Shown one piece after another: positions 62,676-64,000 of a stretch of DNA of 64,000 bases (its first letter is position 1; every line of letters starts with the position of its first letter). Below the pieces are notes generated by a model. The model did not search any database. It was not told the DNA's origin and worked only from the letters and a program-made list of their open reading frames with translations. Source of the DNA: Pseudomonadota bacterium (GTDB taxonomy: Bacteria > Pseudomonadota > Gammaproteobacteria > Acidiferrobacterales > UBA6901); assembly GCA_021790335.1 (NCBI GenBank), contig JAJYEE010000010.1:1715-65714 (forward strand). Reading direction: 5' to 3'. The translations under genes were made by a program, and so were the position numbers.

Positions 62676-64000
62676 ATGAGGCTCAAAGTTGCCGTGATCT
62701 GGGCGCTGGCGGGGGGCGCAGTGATTTTTCTCGGCTGGCGCATGCTGCGGCCGCTGGAGATTTTTTCGATTTCGAAACGCTTCGAAAATCCGCTGCCGGC
62801 GACGCCGATTCCGCCTCTCGGAAGCCTCAGTGCACGCAGCTGCGGCAGCTGCCACGTCGCCAATTATCGGGAATGGCGCACGACCATACACAGCCGCGCC
62901 TGGACCGATTCCTATTTTCAGACCGACTGGCGGGTGGAAGGGCGCAAGCAGATCTGTCTCGAATGTCACACACCTCTTGCCACACAGCAGCGGTACCGGG
63001 TGCTGGGCTATCATTGGGGCGACCGGTGGGATCCGGTACTGGCGGTCAACCCGGCCTTCAAGCCGGCGCTGCGCCGGCAAGGGGTGACCTGCGCCGCCTG
63101 TCACGTCCGGCACGGCGTCGTCTACGGACCGTTTGCAAAAGTTGACGCGCCGCATCCGGTCGCGCGCTGGAACAATGATAACGAGGCCTGTATCCGTTGC
63201 CATGTCGTCAACAATCGTCACCACGACGTGTTTTACCGCCTGCCGCCTTGCGGTACCGTGAAGGAGATCGCGCGCACGCGCAGCCGCTTTCGGCTGGAGG
63301 GTCGGGCGATCCAGACATTGCTGCCGGCCCTGGCATCGCAATCTTCCGTCGGTACGCAGGGTCATCGCGGGGGGCAGCAGGCGCGGGGGGCGCCTCCTGC
63401 AACCGGTAATGACGGCTACGGCGTGGCCATGTCGGCCGGCGCCCTCGCAGCACTCAACTGCGTGCAATGTCACATGCCGTCGGTCAACCGCCCGCTGGTG
63501 CCCGGAGGCAAGATCCGGCCATCGCGGCGGCATCTGTGGCGCGGCGGTCACGACCCGCGCATGGTACGGAATGCACTCAGCATCAGTTTTGCCCGGCTTG
63601 CGGCCGCGCCATCCGGCCGGGAGCGCTACGCACTGACCATCACCAACATCGGCGCCGAACACTACATCCCCACCGGTGTTCCAGACAGGCATCTGACCGT
63701 GGAGCTGCGCGTACTCGGTTCCCGCGGACACACCCTTAAGTCACAGGTCTTTACCTTGGAGCGATCCGTGCTCTGGCGGCCATTCATCATTGAGCTGCAC
63801 GATACCCGTCTGCGTCCGCTCGAGCCACGCACCTACGACATCGGGTTTTCCAATCACTCGCATCCTCGCCCGACAGCCGTCGAGGCGGTAGTGCGCTACT
63901 GGTTTATGGACACCTCGCATCGGGCCCATGACCACTATCGGGCACCGATTTCCTATGTGGTGTACCGTCGTCGCATCCTGATTGAACCGCAAAAAAGGTC
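62676..64000 (+). CDS. multiheme c-type cytochrome (partial, open at window end)
   Basis: It is not in the ORF track because no stop occurs before 64000. My translation from ATG 62676 (GAGG 9 nt upstream) is open for at least 441 codons. It begins with an N-terminal anchor (MRLKVAVIWALAGGAVIFLGW) and has five CxxCH motifs (CGSCH at 62841..62855, then CLECH, CAACH, CIRCH, CVQCH). These are followed by HLWRGGH and TNIGAEHYIPTG motifs. Confidence 0.8.
   Translation, partial: MRLKVAVIWALAGGAVIFLGWRMLRPLEIFSISKRFENPLPATPIPPLGSLSARSCGSCHVANYREWRTTIHSRAWTDSYFQTDWRVEGRKQICLECHTPLATQQRYRVLGYHWGDRWDPVLAVNPAFKPALRRQGVTCAACHVRHGVVYGPFAKVDAPHPVARWNNDNEACIRCHVVNNRHHDVFYRLPPCGTVKEIARTRSRFRLEGRAIQTLLPALASQSSVGTQGHRGGQQARGAPPATGNDGYGVAMSAGALAALNCVQCHMPSVNRPLVPGGKIRPSRRHLWRGGHDPRMVRNALSISFARLAAAPSGRERYALTITNIGAEHYIPTGVPDRHLTVELRVLGSRGHTLKSQVFTLERSVLWRPFIIELHDTRLRPLEPRTYDIGFSNHSHPRPTAVEAVVRYWFMDTSHRAHDHYRAPISYVVYRRRILIEPQKR

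Noticed and set aside
62655-63731. 358-aa minus-strand ORF from the ORF track
   Set aside because: It is antisense to a plus-strand frame that carries five CxxCH heme motifs and an N-terminal anchor. The minus-strand translation is Arg/Pro/Ala-rich with no motif. This is a typical shadow ORF in GC-rich DNA.

Overview
A visibly GC-rich, gene-dense chromosomal segment from a proteobacterium. GC content was not computed. The synteny looks beta- or gammaproteobacterial: waaA / ilvE / glnE, groESL, cutA-dsbD, aroQ-accBC-prmA-dusB-fis-purH-purD-purE, rhlB / trxA-rho-rpmE, and tesA / ybbA-ybbP. I call about 50 CDS, mostly core housekeeping genes. By eye I found no rRNA, tRNA, CRISPR array, intact transposase or prophage.

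The main finding is an uninterrupted 7.3-kb minus-strand ORF (50044..57363, 2439 aa). It fuses, in one polypeptide, a FixC-like ETF:quinone oxidoreductase, a FixX-like ferredoxin, a degenerate acyl-CoA-dehydrogenase-like module, a complete acyl-CoA dehydrogenase, an ETF-beta-like domain and an ETF-alpha domain. It is the first gene of a tightly coupled beta-oxidation operon: giant ORF, thiolase, FadB/FadJ-like enzyme, acyl-CoA synthetase.

Secondary points of interest:
- A DsbD with a tandemly duplicated N-terminal alpha domain.
- An ArsR-rhodanese regulator flanked by a periplasmic redoxin/unknown-protein operon and a divergent cluster (desaturase, TVP38-rhodanese, class II amidotransferase, multiheme cytochrome c). 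The cytochrome gene runs off the window end and is absent from the ORF track.
- A perfect CIRCE operator overlapping a sigma70-type groESL promoter.
- A decayed patch holding an outer-membrane beta-barrel pseudogene.
- A GGDEF gene with an upstream GGDEF remnant and a non-canonical active site.
- Several 0.5-kb non-coding gaps with stable hairpins that I could not assign to any RNA family.

All calls rest on reading the translations and the sequence. No HMM or BLAST search, RNA folding or GC statistics were run. Start codons are inferred from homologue N-termini, SD-like sequences and 4-nt start/stop overlaps.
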